From an uncultured archaeon (lineage in GTDB: Archaea; Asgardarchaeota; Lokiarchaeia; Sigyniarchaeales; SOKP01): a stretch of DNA of 60,634 nt. Below the pieces are notes generated by a model that saw only the letters and a list, made by a program, of their open reading frames with translations, ran no database searches and was not told the DNA's origin. Below are positions 36,746 through 47,265 of the stretch, piece by piece. Made by a program: the position numbers and the translations under genes. The DNA is taken from assembly GCA_964388035.1 (NCBI GenBank), contig CAYLZE010000018.1, forward strand, positions 1 through 60,634, written 5' to 3'. The number at the start of each line of letters is the position of its first letter. Positions within the stretch are counted from its first letter, which is position 1.

Positions 36746-38488
36746 TCACATTTCTTTTAAAGTTTTAATTCCTAAAATTTTTAATCCAATTTCGATAACT
36801 ATTTGAACGCATTTGATCAAAACCAATCGAGTTTTTTCTAATTCCTTATTGTCCGAAATTACGGGACAAAACGCATAAAAAGAGTTGAATGTTTGACATA
36901 AGCTCAAGAGATATTGGGGAATTAAATGGAGATCGTACGACGTGATAACTTTTTCAATTATTTCGGGAAAGTAATTGAGTTGATTGATCAACAAGCGTTC
37001 TTTTTCGTGCTCAATTAGCTCAAAATTAGCTTTTAATGCGATCTTTTCGTGGGACTTGGAAATAATCGATTCGATGCGAGCATAGCAATATTGTATGTAG
37101 GGACCTGTCTCTCCTTCAAAAGAAATACTTTCTTTGGGATCGAAAATTAAATCCGATTTAGGATTATATTTTAAAATAAAAAATGCTAATGCTGCCATCC
37201 CAATTATCCTTGCTCTTTGCTCCTTTTCGGCTTTCAATAAAGTTGGATATCGTTGATTAATCTCATTTAGCGCAAGCACGTGCATCTCACTCACGAGCTC
37301 ATCCGCATCGACCACCGTTCCTTCCCTACTTTTCATCTTCCCTTCCGGGAGGTAAATCATTCCATAGGAAAGATGATATTTATCTTCGGTAAACCCCATC
37401 AGATCTAACACGGCGAATAATTGTTTGAAATAAAGATCTTGTTCATTACCCACTACATAAATGGAACGATCGTAGTTGAAATCCTTTTTCTTTAGGAAAG
37501 CGAGGTAAATATCTTGAGTGATGTAAATCGAGGTACCATCAGCCCTAAGTAATATCTTATTGGGCAGGTTGTGAGTTTTTTCCAAGGGGGCGATAATTGC
37601 ACCGTCTTTTTCCTTTTTGAATATTCCCTCTTCCAATCCATTTAAAATTAATTCTCTCCCCAGTTGGTAATAATCCGATTCGAAGTATTCCTTATTAAAT
37701 TTAATATCAAATTTATCAAAAGTTTCCTTGAATCCTTCCATTGCCCATGAATTTAGTTTTTTCCACAGTTTACGTGTTTCAGGATCATTTTCTTCCCATG
37801 CCCTTAACATTTCTCGAAGCTCTTCCTCCAATTCCTTATTTTCATTCTCCATCTCGGAGTATTTCACGTAAAATTCCCCCACAAAATGATCGGGCTTTAT
37901 ATTTTTTGGTTTGAGATCTTTCCCCCACTTTTTATATGCCAACATGCTCTTGCAAATATGAATTCCCCGATCATTATATAAATTCACCTCGAAAACCTCA
38001 TGTCCATAATATCTTAAAAGATTTGCCAAGGATCTTCCAATAAGCATGTTTCTTACATGTCCTAAATGAAGGGGCTTATTGGTATTTGGAGCAGGATATT
38101 CTATTACGATCCTCAAGGGATGGGCGAAAGCTTTATCTAACTTTTTTCCGATTAATCCATAGGTTTCTTTAGAATTCATGATATTTTCTAAAACAGCTCC
38201 AGGTTTTATGGTTAGATTGAGATAAGGTCCTTCTGCCTCAACTTTTGACAACCAATCGGGAAGTTTTAAGATACCTTTTATTTCTTCAGCTATTATTTGA
38301 GGGCTTTTCCTTTTTATCTTTGCCAATCTATAACACGGAAAGGCATAGGTCGAACTTATTTCCGAAGGAGGTATCTCAATCATAGCTTCAATTACATTCG
38401 GGGTAAAGTCTGCTCCTCCTTCTTTTAGGTAATCGGCTAAATAATTTCCCAAGTAATTGGCTATTGTCTTACGATTTATAACGGTCAT
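36746..38488 (-). CDS. argS: Arginine--tRNA ligase
   Basis: PNTNKPLHLGHVRN (HIGH), NDRG, KMKSREG, GETGPYIQYCYAR and C-terminal ...LKEM. Confidence 0.97.
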   Translation of the reverse strand: MTVINRKTIANYLGNYLADYLKEGGADFTPNVIEAMIEIPPSEISSTYAFPCYRLAKIKRKSPQIIAEEIKGILKLPDWLSKVEAEGPYLNLTIKPGAVLENIMNSKETYGLIGKKLDKAFAHPLRIVIEYPAPNTNKPLHLGHVRNMLIGRSLANLLRYYGHEVFEVNLYNDRGIHICKSMLAYKKWGKDLKPKNIKPDHFVGEFYVKYSEMENENKELEEELREMLRAWEENDPETRKLWKKLNSWAMEGFKETFDKFDIKFNKEYFESDYYQLGRELILNGLEEGIFKKEKDGAIIAPLEKTHNLPNKILLRADGTSIYITQDIYLAFLKKKDFNYDRSIYVVGNEQDLYFKQLFAVLDLMGFTEDKYHLSYGMIYLPEGKMKSREGTVVDADELVSEMHVLALNEINQRYPTLLKAEKEQRARIIGMAALAFFILKYNPKSDLIFDPKESISFEGETGPYIQYCYARIESIISKSHEKIALKANFELIEHEKERLLINQLNYFPEIIEKVITSYDLHLIPQYLLSLCQTFNSFYAFCPVISDNKELEKTRLVLIKCVQIVIEIGLKILGIKTLKEM

Positions 38489-38622
38489 GAAGATGCTACT
38501 CGATAGTAATTATGGCTCAAATGAATTTAAAACAACAAATAATTTTATCAATTTTAATTGAATATATCCATTAAAACTCAAAAAATTTCTGTCTATATCA
38601 TAACTAAAGAAAAGTGAATTAA

Positions 38623-39831
38623 ATGGCATTTGAACAAAAAGCAAAGGAAAATTTTCCAAAATGGCCCATGTATGATGATTCTGAGGTTGAAGCTTTAAAG
38701 ACGGTGATTACTTCGGAAAATTGGTGGTGCGGATCTCCTTCCGTACATAAAGGAGAGAACGTGTGGAAATTTCAAGAAGATTTTGCTAACTTTCAAGAAG
38801 CTAAGCATTGTATTGCCGTGTTTAATGGCACGGTTGCTATTGAAGCAGCATTATTAGCTTTAAATATAGGATGGGGAGATGAAGTATTAGTATCGGATTA
38901 TACCTTTGTAGCTTCTGCTTCTGCAGTAGTCGCTACTAATGCCGTACCAATTTTTGTCGACATAGACCCAGAAACTTTTGTCATGAATGTCAATAAGGTG
39001 GAAGAATTGATCACTAAAAGGACAAAAGCAATTGTCCCAGTACATTTAGGAGGGAATTGCGTTGAAATGGATAAATTAATGGAAATTGCAAGTGCCCATG
39101 ATCTGAAAGTCGTGGAAGATTGCTCTCACGCTCATGGTTCGAGATACAAGGGAAAACGAGCGGGAAATTGGGGGCACGCAGGCACGTTCAGCTTTCAAGC
39201 TTCGAAGGTACTGACGGCGGGAGAAGGAGGAGCTATTATTGTAAATGATGGGGATCTCGCGGATTCAATCTACTCTATTTCAGATTGTGGAAGAAACAAA
39301 GATGCTTATTTTTACGACCATTTCAGATACGGTTCTAATTTTAGAATGAGCGAATATCAAGCCGCCGTGTTGAATGCTCAATTAAAAAAGTTTCCCTCCC
39401 AACATGAGTTAAGGAATCAAAATGCTAATTATCTCATGGAAAAATTGAATGCCATAGACGGAATTCGGGTAATGAAACCAACTCCGGGCACTACGGAATT
39501 AGGGTGGTACATATATCCTTTCGTGTTTGAACCGGAAAAATTTGGAAATCTAACTAAATTAGATTTTTATGATACTTTAAATGCTAATGGAATTCCAACA
39601 GATGATTGTTATCCCCCCTTGCACGGATTAGATTGCTTTAAAAACGTGGATTTGCGCAAGGGAATAGATTATAGCTCCGCGAACTGGGGACACTCTAAAA
39701 GTGAGGATAAAAATTTTCCGATCGTATCAGACATTTATTCCCGAAGCGTGGAGTTTCCTCATGAGATGCTTTTGGCTTCAAGAGACAAGCTAAATGGGGT
39801 AGCTAAATTCATAGAATCACTAAAAAAGTGA
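38623..39831 (+). CDS. DegT-family aminotransferase, RifK/AHBA-synthase/BtrR-like subgroup
   Basis: FPKWPMYDD.E...WW, NGT, EDCSHAHG, FSFQASKVLTAGEGG, CGR...Y.H...GSNFRMSE. Confidence 0.88.
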   Translation: MAFEQKAKENFPKWPMYDDSEVEALKTVITSENWWCGSPSVHKGENVWKFQEDFANFQEAKHCIAVFNGTVAIEAALLALNIGWGDEVLVSDYTFVASASAVVATNAVPIFVDIDPETFVMNVNKVEELITKRTKAIVPVHLGGNCVEMDKLMEIASAHDLKVVEDCSHAHGSRYKGKRAGNWGHAGTFSFQASKVLTAGEGGAIIVNDGDLADSIYSISDCGRNKDAYFYDHFRYGSNFRMSEYQAAVLNAQLKKFPSQHELRNQNANYLMEKLNAIDGIRVMKPTPGTTELGWYIYPFVFEPEKFGNLTKLDFYDTLNANGIPTDDCYPPLHGLDCFKNVDLRKGIDYSSANWGHSKSEDKNFPIVSDIYSRSVEFPHEMLLASRDKLNGVAKFIESLKK

Positions 39832-39963
39832 TAATCTTCCCTATTAAAAAATATTAGTAGTAAAAATAAAATTATATTTTTTTTTATTCTTTCTTACTTT
39901 CTTTCCAATCCATGGTAAATACTTAGCATGAAAAAGTAGAACGTGATCAGTAAGTAGTATTTA

Positions 39964-41022
39964 TTATAATTCTTTCACTTCTTCCAATTTCCCCGACTCA
40001 GCACTTTTATACATGGTCTCTATAATATTGAGTATTTTAAGCCCATACTTTCCGTCCGTGAGAGGTCTTTTCTTCGTAAGAATGCATTCCATGAAATGCT
40101 TTACTTCTTGAGGATATCCAAAACTCCACGATTCTTCAGGGACGGGAAAAGTCCATCCCTTGGTAGTGCCTGCCTTTTCTACAGCATAACCATACCCTTT
40201 TTCACTATAAACACTGACTAAGTTACTAAAGGTAGGGGCTACTTTGATTTGCCCATCAGTACCAAATAGTTCGAATCTCATATCATATCCTCCAGGAGCG
40301 GTCCAAGATTCTTCAATGATAACTTGAGCATCATTTTCAAAGTATAATATGCCCACTGCATTATCCTCCACCTCGCAACGTCCAAAGTCAGCCCTGTTTG
40401 GAATGATGGTTTTGGTTTGGCAAAAAGCTTCCTTCACGTTACATCCAAGATACCATACCAGGCACGCAATATCATGGATTCCCAGATCTAACAACGCACC
40501 TCCCCCCGCCATGTCATGCTTATAAAACCATTCAGAATGCGGTCCCGAATGCTGCTCCTTGCCTCTTCCCATATAAATCGTGCCGATGGCACCTTCTTCT
40601 ATCACTTGTTTAACTTTTGAAAAAGAGGGGGCATACATGTTATTTTCACAATAAAAGATCTGTTTACCTGAAGATTTTTCCGCATCGATCATGTTCAATC
40701 CCTCTTCCACGGTTCTTGCCAAGGGCTTTTCAACCAATACATGTTTTCCTGAATTTAACACGTCCAAGCATATTTTTTCGTGTAAAAAATTTGGTATGCA
40801 GGCAGAAATCACGTCACAATCCAATTTAAGGAGATCTTCATAGTTTTCAAGGGGTTCCCCCGGAATTCCATACTTTTTCATCAAAATTTTAGCTTCTTCA
40901 GTTTTAAGAGAAGCAACTCCTAGTATTTCCACATTTGGTAAGAGAGAATATGAATGAGCATGATGTTCAGCGATAAAACCCGATCCTATAATCCCGACCT
41001 TAATTTTAACTTTTTCCATCAT
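39964..41022 (-). CDS. Gfo/Idh/MocA family NAD-dependent oxidoreductase
   Basis: GIIGSGFIA, GKHVLVEKPLA, GGGALLDLGIH and VEDNA. Confidence 0.93.
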   Translation of the reverse strand: MMEKVKIKVGIIGSGFIAEHHAHSYSLLPNVEILGVASLKTEEAKILMKKYGIPGEPLENYEDLLKLDCDVISACIPNFLHEKICLDVLNSGKHVLVEKPLARTVEEGLNMIDAEKSSGKQIFYCENNMYAPSFSKVKQVIEEGAIGTIYMGRGKEQHSGPHSEWFYKHDMAGGGALLDLGIHDIACLVWYLGCNVKEAFCQTKTIIPNRADFGRCEVEDNAVGILYFENDAQVIIEESWTAPGGYDMRFELFGTDGQIKVAPTFSNLVSVYSEKGYGYAVEKAGTTKGWTFPVPEESWSFGYPQEVKHFMECILTKKRPLTDGKYGLKILNIIETMYKSAESGKLEEVKEL

Positions 41023-41162
41023 ACAACCCCATACTTATTAGATATATTTATCCTTTAGGTTTTTTAAAATCTTTCTTTTATAGTTCTTAATCAAACCATG
41101 CCCTTTTTCATTAAAAATGAATAAAATCTGAATCTTATCCAAAAGTTGCTATTCCGAAGAGA

Positions 41163-41957
41163 CTATTTTTTACCGATCATTTGAAGATGTCCACTTAACC
41201 CAATAATTGACGATTGATTATTGAATTTGAGCTCAATTTCCAGTATTTTTCTAAAGAAATCTTCATCCGATAAAAGTTCATTGATCTTTTCTCGTGGAAT
41301 GAAGTTTTCAAAAACAGGTTTACCGATTACCTCAAGGACTTGCAAGCCATTTTTTTCAAACATTAGCTTGAGCTCTTCCACGGTAAAATTATATTGTGGA
41401 AAACCATCGGTAAAATCAGAGATGTGCGTCTTCAATAATTTATCCAATTGGGTATATTCCTTCATCGCTAATAAAATACCCACTCTTGCATAAAAGCTAT
41501 CAATCGATACAGCCACGTGCCCTCCTTTTTTAACCACTCTTGCCAATTCCTTGAGGGCTTGTAGGGAATTACCACAATATCCGACTGAATCTCCTTGGGC
41601 AATGACCATATCAAAAGAATTTTCCTCATATTCCTTCATATCCAGGATATCAGCATGGTGGAATAAGATTTTATCTTCCAAGTTTTCTGCTTTTGCTAAC
41701 CTTTTCCCGACCTCCAGCATGTTCCGGGCAATATCAGTGCAAATTAAATCGTACCCTAGTGTTGCTAATTTGCGAGACCAATATCCTGTCCCCCCACCAG
41801 CATCAAGAATTTTTGCATTTTTATTAGGTGGGAGATATTTCTTGAGAAAATGCCACGTCACTTCAAAGTAGAGTTGCCAATAAGGTTGGGAATGCGAGGA
41901 TTCATATTCTTCTGCGATCTTGTCGTGATATAATGTGGATCTGGTTTCTTCTTTCAT
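41163..41957 (-). CDS. Class I SAM-dependent methyltransferase
   Basis: ILDAGGGTG (motif I), CTDI, SFDMV and ELARVVKKGG. Confidence 0.9.
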   Translation of the reverse strand: MKEETRSTLYHDKIAEEYESSHSQPYWQLYFEVTWHFLKKYLPPNKNAKILDAGGGTGYWSRKLATLGYDLICTDIARNMLEVGKRLAKAENLEDKILFHHADILDMKEYEENSFDMVIAQGDSVGYCGNSLQALKELARVVKKGGHVAVSIDSFYARVGILLAMKEYTQLDKLLKTHISDFTDGFPQYNFTVEELKLMFEKNGLQVLEVIGKPVFENFIPREKINELLSDEDFFRKILEIELKFNNQSSIIGLSGHLQMIGKK

Positions 41958-42146
41958 TTTGTCTTCACACTATTTATATTAAAATGATATTAATTAATAG
42001 AGTCTTTCATGTAATGAGGCTATAAAATAATCATTATAGTTTAAGATTCTATTTCATTTAGTATTAATAGCAAAATAAAAATTTTTGTTAAATTTAACAG
42101 AATTAGAATATATATTGTTCAAAAAAGAGTTGTAAGTGATAACAAA

Positions 42147-42524
42147 ATGGAAAAAAAATATATAGTCCAACTTGGTTTTGGGGTGGATCAACACGGTCAT
42201 GATGATGACTGTACCAATGCCGCCATGAAAGCCATAAAAAATGCGATTTCTAATAATTGTCTGGTCGGTTTATTTGATATTTGTGAATTGAAAGAGCCAA
42301 AGGATCTCATTCGCATGAAAGTTCATGTAAAACTTGGAGTTCCTTTTCCGGACAAAATAAGTGAGAAAAAAGTACTTAAAGCGATTCCTTTTGGTGAAAA
42401 ATCTTTGGAAGTCGTGCAGGGAGGGTTAATTGCCCAAGGAGTAAAGATTCCCGAATTAGGAGATAAATCCGATCAAATGATCATGGTGAATGCGGCAGTC
42501 ACTGTTTCTATTGATATGGCTTAA
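42147..42524 (+). CDS. Lin0512 family protein
   Basis: GFGVDQHG.D.T.AA.KAI.NAI, LGVP, IPFG...VVQGGL and VNAAVTV. Confidence 0.85.
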   Translation: MEKKYIVQLGFGVDQHGHDDDCTNAAMKAIKNAISNNCLVGLFDICELKEPKDLIRMKVHVKLGVPFPDKISEKKVLKAIPFGEKSLEVVQGGLIAQGVKIPELGDKSDQMIMVNAAVTVSIDMA

Positions 42525-42646
42525 ACCCTTTTTTTTTACAAATTCTCCTTTTTTGAAAACATTAATTAAGGGAAAAAATTAATCTATACTTTAATTAAGT
42601 TAAAAATTAAAGTTCGAATGAAAAAGTTATCTAACTGGGATAGATA

Positions 42647-44359
42647 ATGAATGAAATAAATTTCAACGAGGAATTTGATGTTATTGTTGTAGGTGCAGGA
42701 TTCGGTGGTCCCGTAGCGGCTAAAAAGTGTGCAGAGGCAGGATTACGAACCTTAATGCTGGAGCGATCCGAGCAAGTGGGAGAAAAAGTTATTTCGGGGC
42801 TCACGATACCACTATATGGCTTTTTATTTGGACCCTCCTTCATTCGTAATGGAAATCCTCCCTTTGAAAGACCAGTAGATGGCATAGTGAATTACATTAT
42901 TCGAGATATTGAAAAGGGAGATATTAAAGTAGATAACACCCTGAAAATTCCAAGGCCCTTGTCTCCAGTGATTGCATTCGGATTTAATACGTATTGCAAG
43001 CCATTTTGTCAATGGGAGGCGAATAAAGCAATGGATGCGGGAGTAATTCTTAGAACTTCAGTAACTGTCATAAATGTTATCAAGCAAGGCGAGCAAATCG
43101 TCGGGATCATCACGGATAAAGGAGAGAGGATAAAATGTAAAATACTGATTGATGCCGAAGGATCTCAAGGTGTATTAGCAACGAAAGCGGGGATACGGGA
43201 AAGATATCCTCCTGAAACAATTTCATTAGCGGATGCCTACGATTATGAAATGCCTAAATCTTTAGTGGATCGAATATTTGGGTATTCCGTGTGGTTCTGC
43301 TGGGGTTGGGACGAACAAAAAATAGCTCCTCCCTTAGGATATGGAAATGGGTTGATGGTATGGCCTTATAGAGAAAGCTTGCATTTCATGCAAGATCAAT
43401 GCTTGAGGCTGAGAGATGGAAAAGTTCCTAACATGAAAAAGACGTTTGATCTCTACCATCATAATATCACTACTAAATTTCCTCAATGGAAAGAGCTTGT
43501 TGCGCCTCGGGTTAAGTTAAGAGCAAGAATGTGGGAAGGATTTGAGATTTTTGTAGGATTAAACCCCAATTTGCGCAACATGGCAAATCACGGAAATGGC
43601 ATCTTATTAATTGGGGATGTCGCAGGATTAGAGAGCACGGAATTATGTGATGGAGTTCCTGCGGCATGGTTTTCCGCGGAAATAGCTGCAGATGTTGCGA
43701 TAGAAGCAATCAAGAAAAATGATCTAACGAAATCCTTTTTAAAAAAATATGAGAAAAAGATCAAGTCCCATCCTCTCATTCAGTGGTCCATTTCGGGCAC
43801 GAATCGTTATAATTTACGAGATGCACAAGAGAAACGGAGCAAAAAATTATTAAAAAGATACGTCCATAATGGCTGGGGATTAGGTGCCATGACACACGTT
43901 GCAACTCCATTATTAAAGATGATGCTTTTCTATTTGAATCAAAACCCAAGGATGTTAACCATCTGGATCAAAATGTTTTTTCGCTATTATCAGAATTGGG
44001 TTAGTGAGGCTTATGATTATTCTGAGAAACGAACACTTGCTGGAATTATTAAAAGAAAGGCTTCTCATGATTTTACCTTAAGTGAAAAATTATTCGATTT
44101 AGGTATTAAATTAATGAATAACTTGATGAGAGGGATGTCAAGATTCTTATCGAATTTCGCGAAAAAAGTTATTGTCTCGATTGTTAATTCTGCAAATCAC
44201 TTGATGAGACTTTCCTTACCCTTGCTGGAACCGGGTTATAAAGGTCTTTTATGGGTATTCAATCCCCTTTCAGAAAAATTGAGTAAGAAAATTGTAAGTT
44301 TTACAAAGATAGCTGATCCTGAACTATTTAATGGTATCATGCATGGAGGAGATATTTAA
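42647..44359 (+). CDS. FAD-dependent oxidoreductase (FixC/geranylgeranyl reductase-like) with long basic/amphipathic C-terminal extension
   Basis: DVIVVGAGFGG, LER...GEK, DAEG and LLIGDVAG. Confidence 0.8.
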   Translation: MNEINFNEEFDVIVVGAGFGGPVAAKKCAEAGLRTLMLERSEQVGEKVISGLTIPLYGFLFGPSFIRNGNPPFERPVDGIVNYIIRDIEKGDIKVDNTLKIPRPLSPVIAFGFNTYCKPFCQWEANKAMDAGVILRTSVTVINVIKQGEQIVGIITDKGERIKCKILIDAEGSQGVLATKAGIRERYPPETISLADAYDYEMPKSLVDRIFGYSVWFCWGWDEQKIAPPLGYGNGLMVWPYRESLHFMQDQCLRLRDGKVPNMKKTFDLYHHNITTKFPQWKELVAPRVKLRARMWEGFEIFVGLNPNLRNMANHGNGILLIGDVAGLESTELCDGVPAAWFSAEIAADVAIEAIKKNDLTKSFLKKYEKKIKSHPLIQWSISGTNRYNLRDAQEKRSKKLLKRYVHNGWGLGAMTHVATPLLKMMLFYLNQNPRMLTIWIKMFFRYYQNWVSEAYDYSEKRTLAGIIKRKASHDFTLSEKLFDLGIKLMNNLMRGMSRFLSNFAKKVIVSIVNSANHLMRLSLPLLEPGYKGLLWVFNPLSEKLSKKIVSFTKIADPELFNGIMHGGDI

Positions 44360-44360
44360 A

Positions 44361-44630
44361 ATGGTAAGAATTAGTAAAGAATATCCGGGAGTAGAATGGA
44401 TTGAAGGAACCGGGGATTTCATAAAAATTATAAAGGAAAAATGCACGGGATGCGGGAATTGCGTTAAAGTCTGCTTAGGTGGTTGTTATCAGATTAAAGA
44501 TAAAAAAGCAGAGATAAAAAGCTTGGATTATTGCATGGAATGCATGTGTTGCTCCTATATCTGCCCGGAAGAAGCTATTGTATTCAATTGGCCCCGGGGA
44601 GGTACAGGATATAGGAGTGATTGGGGTTAA
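44361..44630 (+). CDS. Ferredoxin (2x[4Fe-4S]; FixX-like)
   Basis: CTGCGNCVKVC, CMECMCCSYICP and C-terminal WPRGGTGY...G. Start at ATG 44361 after GGAGG. Confidence 0.88.
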   Translation: MVRISKEYPGVEWIEGTGDFIKIIKEKCTGCGNCVKVCLGGCYQIKDKKAEIKSLDYCMECMCCSYICPEEAIVFNWPRGGTGYRSDWG

Positions 44631-44639
44631 AAAAGAACC

Positions 44640-45959
44640 CTATTTCATTTTTAAGGAATCTAAACCAAGATATTCTTCAGCATACTTCTTGAGCGCCTTC
44701 CATTGAGCGTCTGTCGTGCCATAATATTTAAAGAGCGCTACCCCCAAACCAAAATCAAATCCTTTCATCTGCTTTAGCATTTCTTGACTATTGCATTCTA
44801 CCGAATTGACGATTGCTAACGAGGAACTTTTTATCTCATGCGCTCTTTTTTTCATGTTGCGGATAAAGTACCAATAAAATAAATCCCCTACTTTCCCCCA
44901 ATACCATCCATCGTCCCTCGTGCCCATCAGATAGGGATATTCCATGGGGCTGCAAATATCCAATATCGAGGATAATTTCTCCCAATTTTGAGCAATTCTC
45001 TTCCTTGTAAACATATTTTTTGGTCCCGGAAGACAAAACCATCCCGAAACGCAATTTTGGTTTTGACTTTTTATAGCCTCATGTAATTTCTTTGCATATT
45101 TCACGATGGTATTTTCTCTAAAATTCAACCAATGACCTCCCGAAAGAACTCGAGCATTTTCACCCTGCTCCTTTTTGAATGCACTCATGCAGCGAGAACA
45201 GGTGCATAAATCTGTAAATTCTCCATCATATCGGATGTAATCTGCAAAAAATGCTCTTATGGGATAATTTTTCACCACTTCCTTGGCAAGCTCCAAGAGA
45301 TAATCCACGTGCTCGGAATTGGGACACATGAAGCTCGTTTGAGGGATATAACCCTTCCCTCGGGCGCCTCTCGATTTTCCTATTTTTTCATCAATTTTTC
45401 CCGTTAGGAACGGAATTTTTTTCTGATATTCGGCGAGAGATATCCCCTCAGGTAAATCAATCCTCATTTCTCCCTCATCATGAGTGGAAATATCTCCTTT
45501 CTTATACTCCTTTCCGAGATGTTTTCCATCTTTTCCGTGCACGCTTACCCGATCGGGATGCTGGTTACCTTGATAAGCATCATTCATGCTGGTAAAAGAA
45601 ACGATGAGAGCAATGTTTCTATCAGCGGTTGCATCGCAGAATTCGCCCAAGAGGTCTCGATTGATGGGATTCCAGCCTACTTTCGTGTCCCAAGTACATG
45701 CTCCATCCGTATCCTTAATAACCAACCCTAAAATATTAAAATGACATTCCTCTAATTTATCCAGAATTTCTTTTACATTTAACTTTTTTTCTGCAAATTC
45801 ATAATCCAATTTTCTAAATCCCGAGGGACCCCTCACGGGCATGAGACCCATTCCATATATTTTTTCGGCTCCAAAATTTCGCTTGACCATTTCATTTTTC
45901 TGAGGGTCAATAGAAAAGTATTGGGACCAGTCAATATCATATTTTTCCAAATTTGCCAT
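44640..45959 (-). CDS. Putative glycoside hydrolase-like TIM barrel (GH29/GHL6/GHL10-like)
   Basis: IKDTDGACTWDTK, RDLLGEFCDA, CPNS, FFADYIRY, CTCSRC and PMEY. Confidence 0.6.
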   Translation of the reverse strand: MANLEKYDIDWSQYFSIDPQKNEMVKRNFGAEKIYGMGLMPVRGPSGFRKLDYEFAEKKLNVKEILDKLEECHFNILGLVIKDTDGACTWDTKVGWNPINRDLLGEFCDATADRNIALIVSFTSMNDAYQGNQHPDRVSVHGKDGKHLGKEYKKGDISTHDEGEMRIDLPEGISLAEYQKKIPFLTGKIDEKIGKSRGARGKGYIPQTSFMCPNSEHVDYLLELAKEVVKNYPIRAFFADYIRYDGEFTDLCTCSRCMSAFKKEQGENARVLSGGHWLNFRENTIVKYAKKLHEAIKSQNQNCVSGWFCLPGPKNMFTRKRIAQNWEKLSSILDICSPMEYPYLMGTRDDGWYWGKVGDLFYWYFIRNMKKRAHEIKSSSLAIVNSVECNSQEMLKQMKGFDFGLGVALFKYYGTTDAQWKALKKYAEEYLGLDSLKMK

Positions 45960-46080
45960 TATATACTCACTTCTCCCTTTATTTTCGAATAAAACTGTTT
46001 TGTAATTTGTAAACCTTTAGGTATTTTTATATTTTGGGCATGAGAAAAAAAATGGATGCAAGAGTTAAATTCATGACAAT

Positions 46081-47265
46081 TTAAGAGAAACGCTTGCCGA
46101 ATCCCCGATAGGTTAAATAAGAATCTCCAATCAATTTTTCATCAGAATAAACATGCACTTCGTTGAATCGTTCGAGTGGTTCTCCTGCTTTTCCAAATCT
46201 GCAAAAAATAGGATCTCCTAAATTTAAGGTTAATTTTTTGGGATCATACTTGAAAGGACTCTGCACCTCTCCAAATCCTTCTCTTTTTGTGGGAGTTATT
46301 CCACGAGGCAAAAAGACCATGGGCTGTGCTTTTACTCCAGAACTCACATATCCCCCTGAAAATGCCGTTACATAATCTTTTCGCGGTTTTCTCACGATTT
46401 GGATGACAAAAAATAAGGAAGGAATGAAATCCTTCAAGGATTCTATAGGATCAAAGATGTGTGATTTAAACAAGAGAGAACCTATTCCAATTTCCGTAAT
46501 CGTGGGATCTACTGCAGTTTCTTGAAAACAACCCGAACCCCCACCGTTGACAATATCCGGGTTAAATCCATTGTCCTGTAGTGCTTTTACAATGTTAGCC
46601 CGACGCTCATCAACCCGGGGTCTCGATCTCTTTTTTAAATATCGATATAAGTATTTATCATCTCCAATTGAGGCATTTTGGGCCTCATACCCCATGATTC
46701 CTCCAAATTTCAAATGATCTCTCTTTTCTACTTCGCGTGCCATTTGAACAACTTGTTCGGGTTCTCTCAAGGGACTTCGAAGCACCCCCACGTTGGTTCC
46801 AAGAAAGCTATCGGCCACGTCAATTTCTAATACAATGTTAAATTCGACGCCATTATTTTTTGCTGCTTCATTTAATAAGTCCAGATGATAAATACAATCG
46901 GCCATGACGGATATCTTCGTGCCCTCTATTTTGGCAGCTTGACTCAATTCATTCGCATCCACCTTTGAACTCACGGGATAGCCACAGAGGATATCCTTTA
47001 TTCCATACTTCTCTGCGTAAAAAAGGGTTTCTGCCGAATTATAGGTGAAAAGGCCGCTCACAAAATCCTCTTTTGCTACTTTCATTACTAAATCGGGTAC
47101 GCGAACGGATTTTGTACAAAGACGTAATTTTCTATTAAACTTTCTCAAAGAAGTTCCCACGAGATTCAAGTTGTGAGTAAATGCATCAAGATCGCATAGA
47201 ACCAAGGGAAATTTCTTATCTTTTACCAATTCTTTTAATTGTTCATAACTGGAATCATATATCAT
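46081..47265 (-). CDS. PLP-dependent fold type III enzyme (alanine-racemase fold; D-amino acid aldolase/dehydratase-like)
   Basis: DLDAFTHN, RLCTKSVR (PLP Lys), GVLRSPL, GIMGYEAQ, NGGGSG and EGFGEVQSP. Confidence 0.85.
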   Translation of the reverse strand: MIYDSSYEQLKELVKDKKFPLVLCDLDAFTHNLNLVGTSLRKFNRKLRLCTKSVRVPDLVMKVAKEDFVSGLFTYNSAETLFYAEKYGIKDILCGYPVSSKVDANELSQAAKIEGTKISVMADCIYHLDLLNEAAKNNGVEFNIVLEIDVADSFLGTNVGVLRSPLREPEQVVQMAREVEKRDHLKFGGIMGYEAQNASIGDDKYLYRYLKKRSRPRVDERRANIVKALQDNGFNPDIVNGGGSGCFQETAVDPTITEIGIGSLLFKSHIFDPIESLKDFIPSLFFVIQIVRKPRKDYVTAFSGGYVSSGVKAQPMVFLPRGITPTKREGFGEVQSPFKYDPKKLTLNLGDPIFCRFGKAGEPLERFNEVHVYSDEKLIGDSYLTYRGFGKRFS

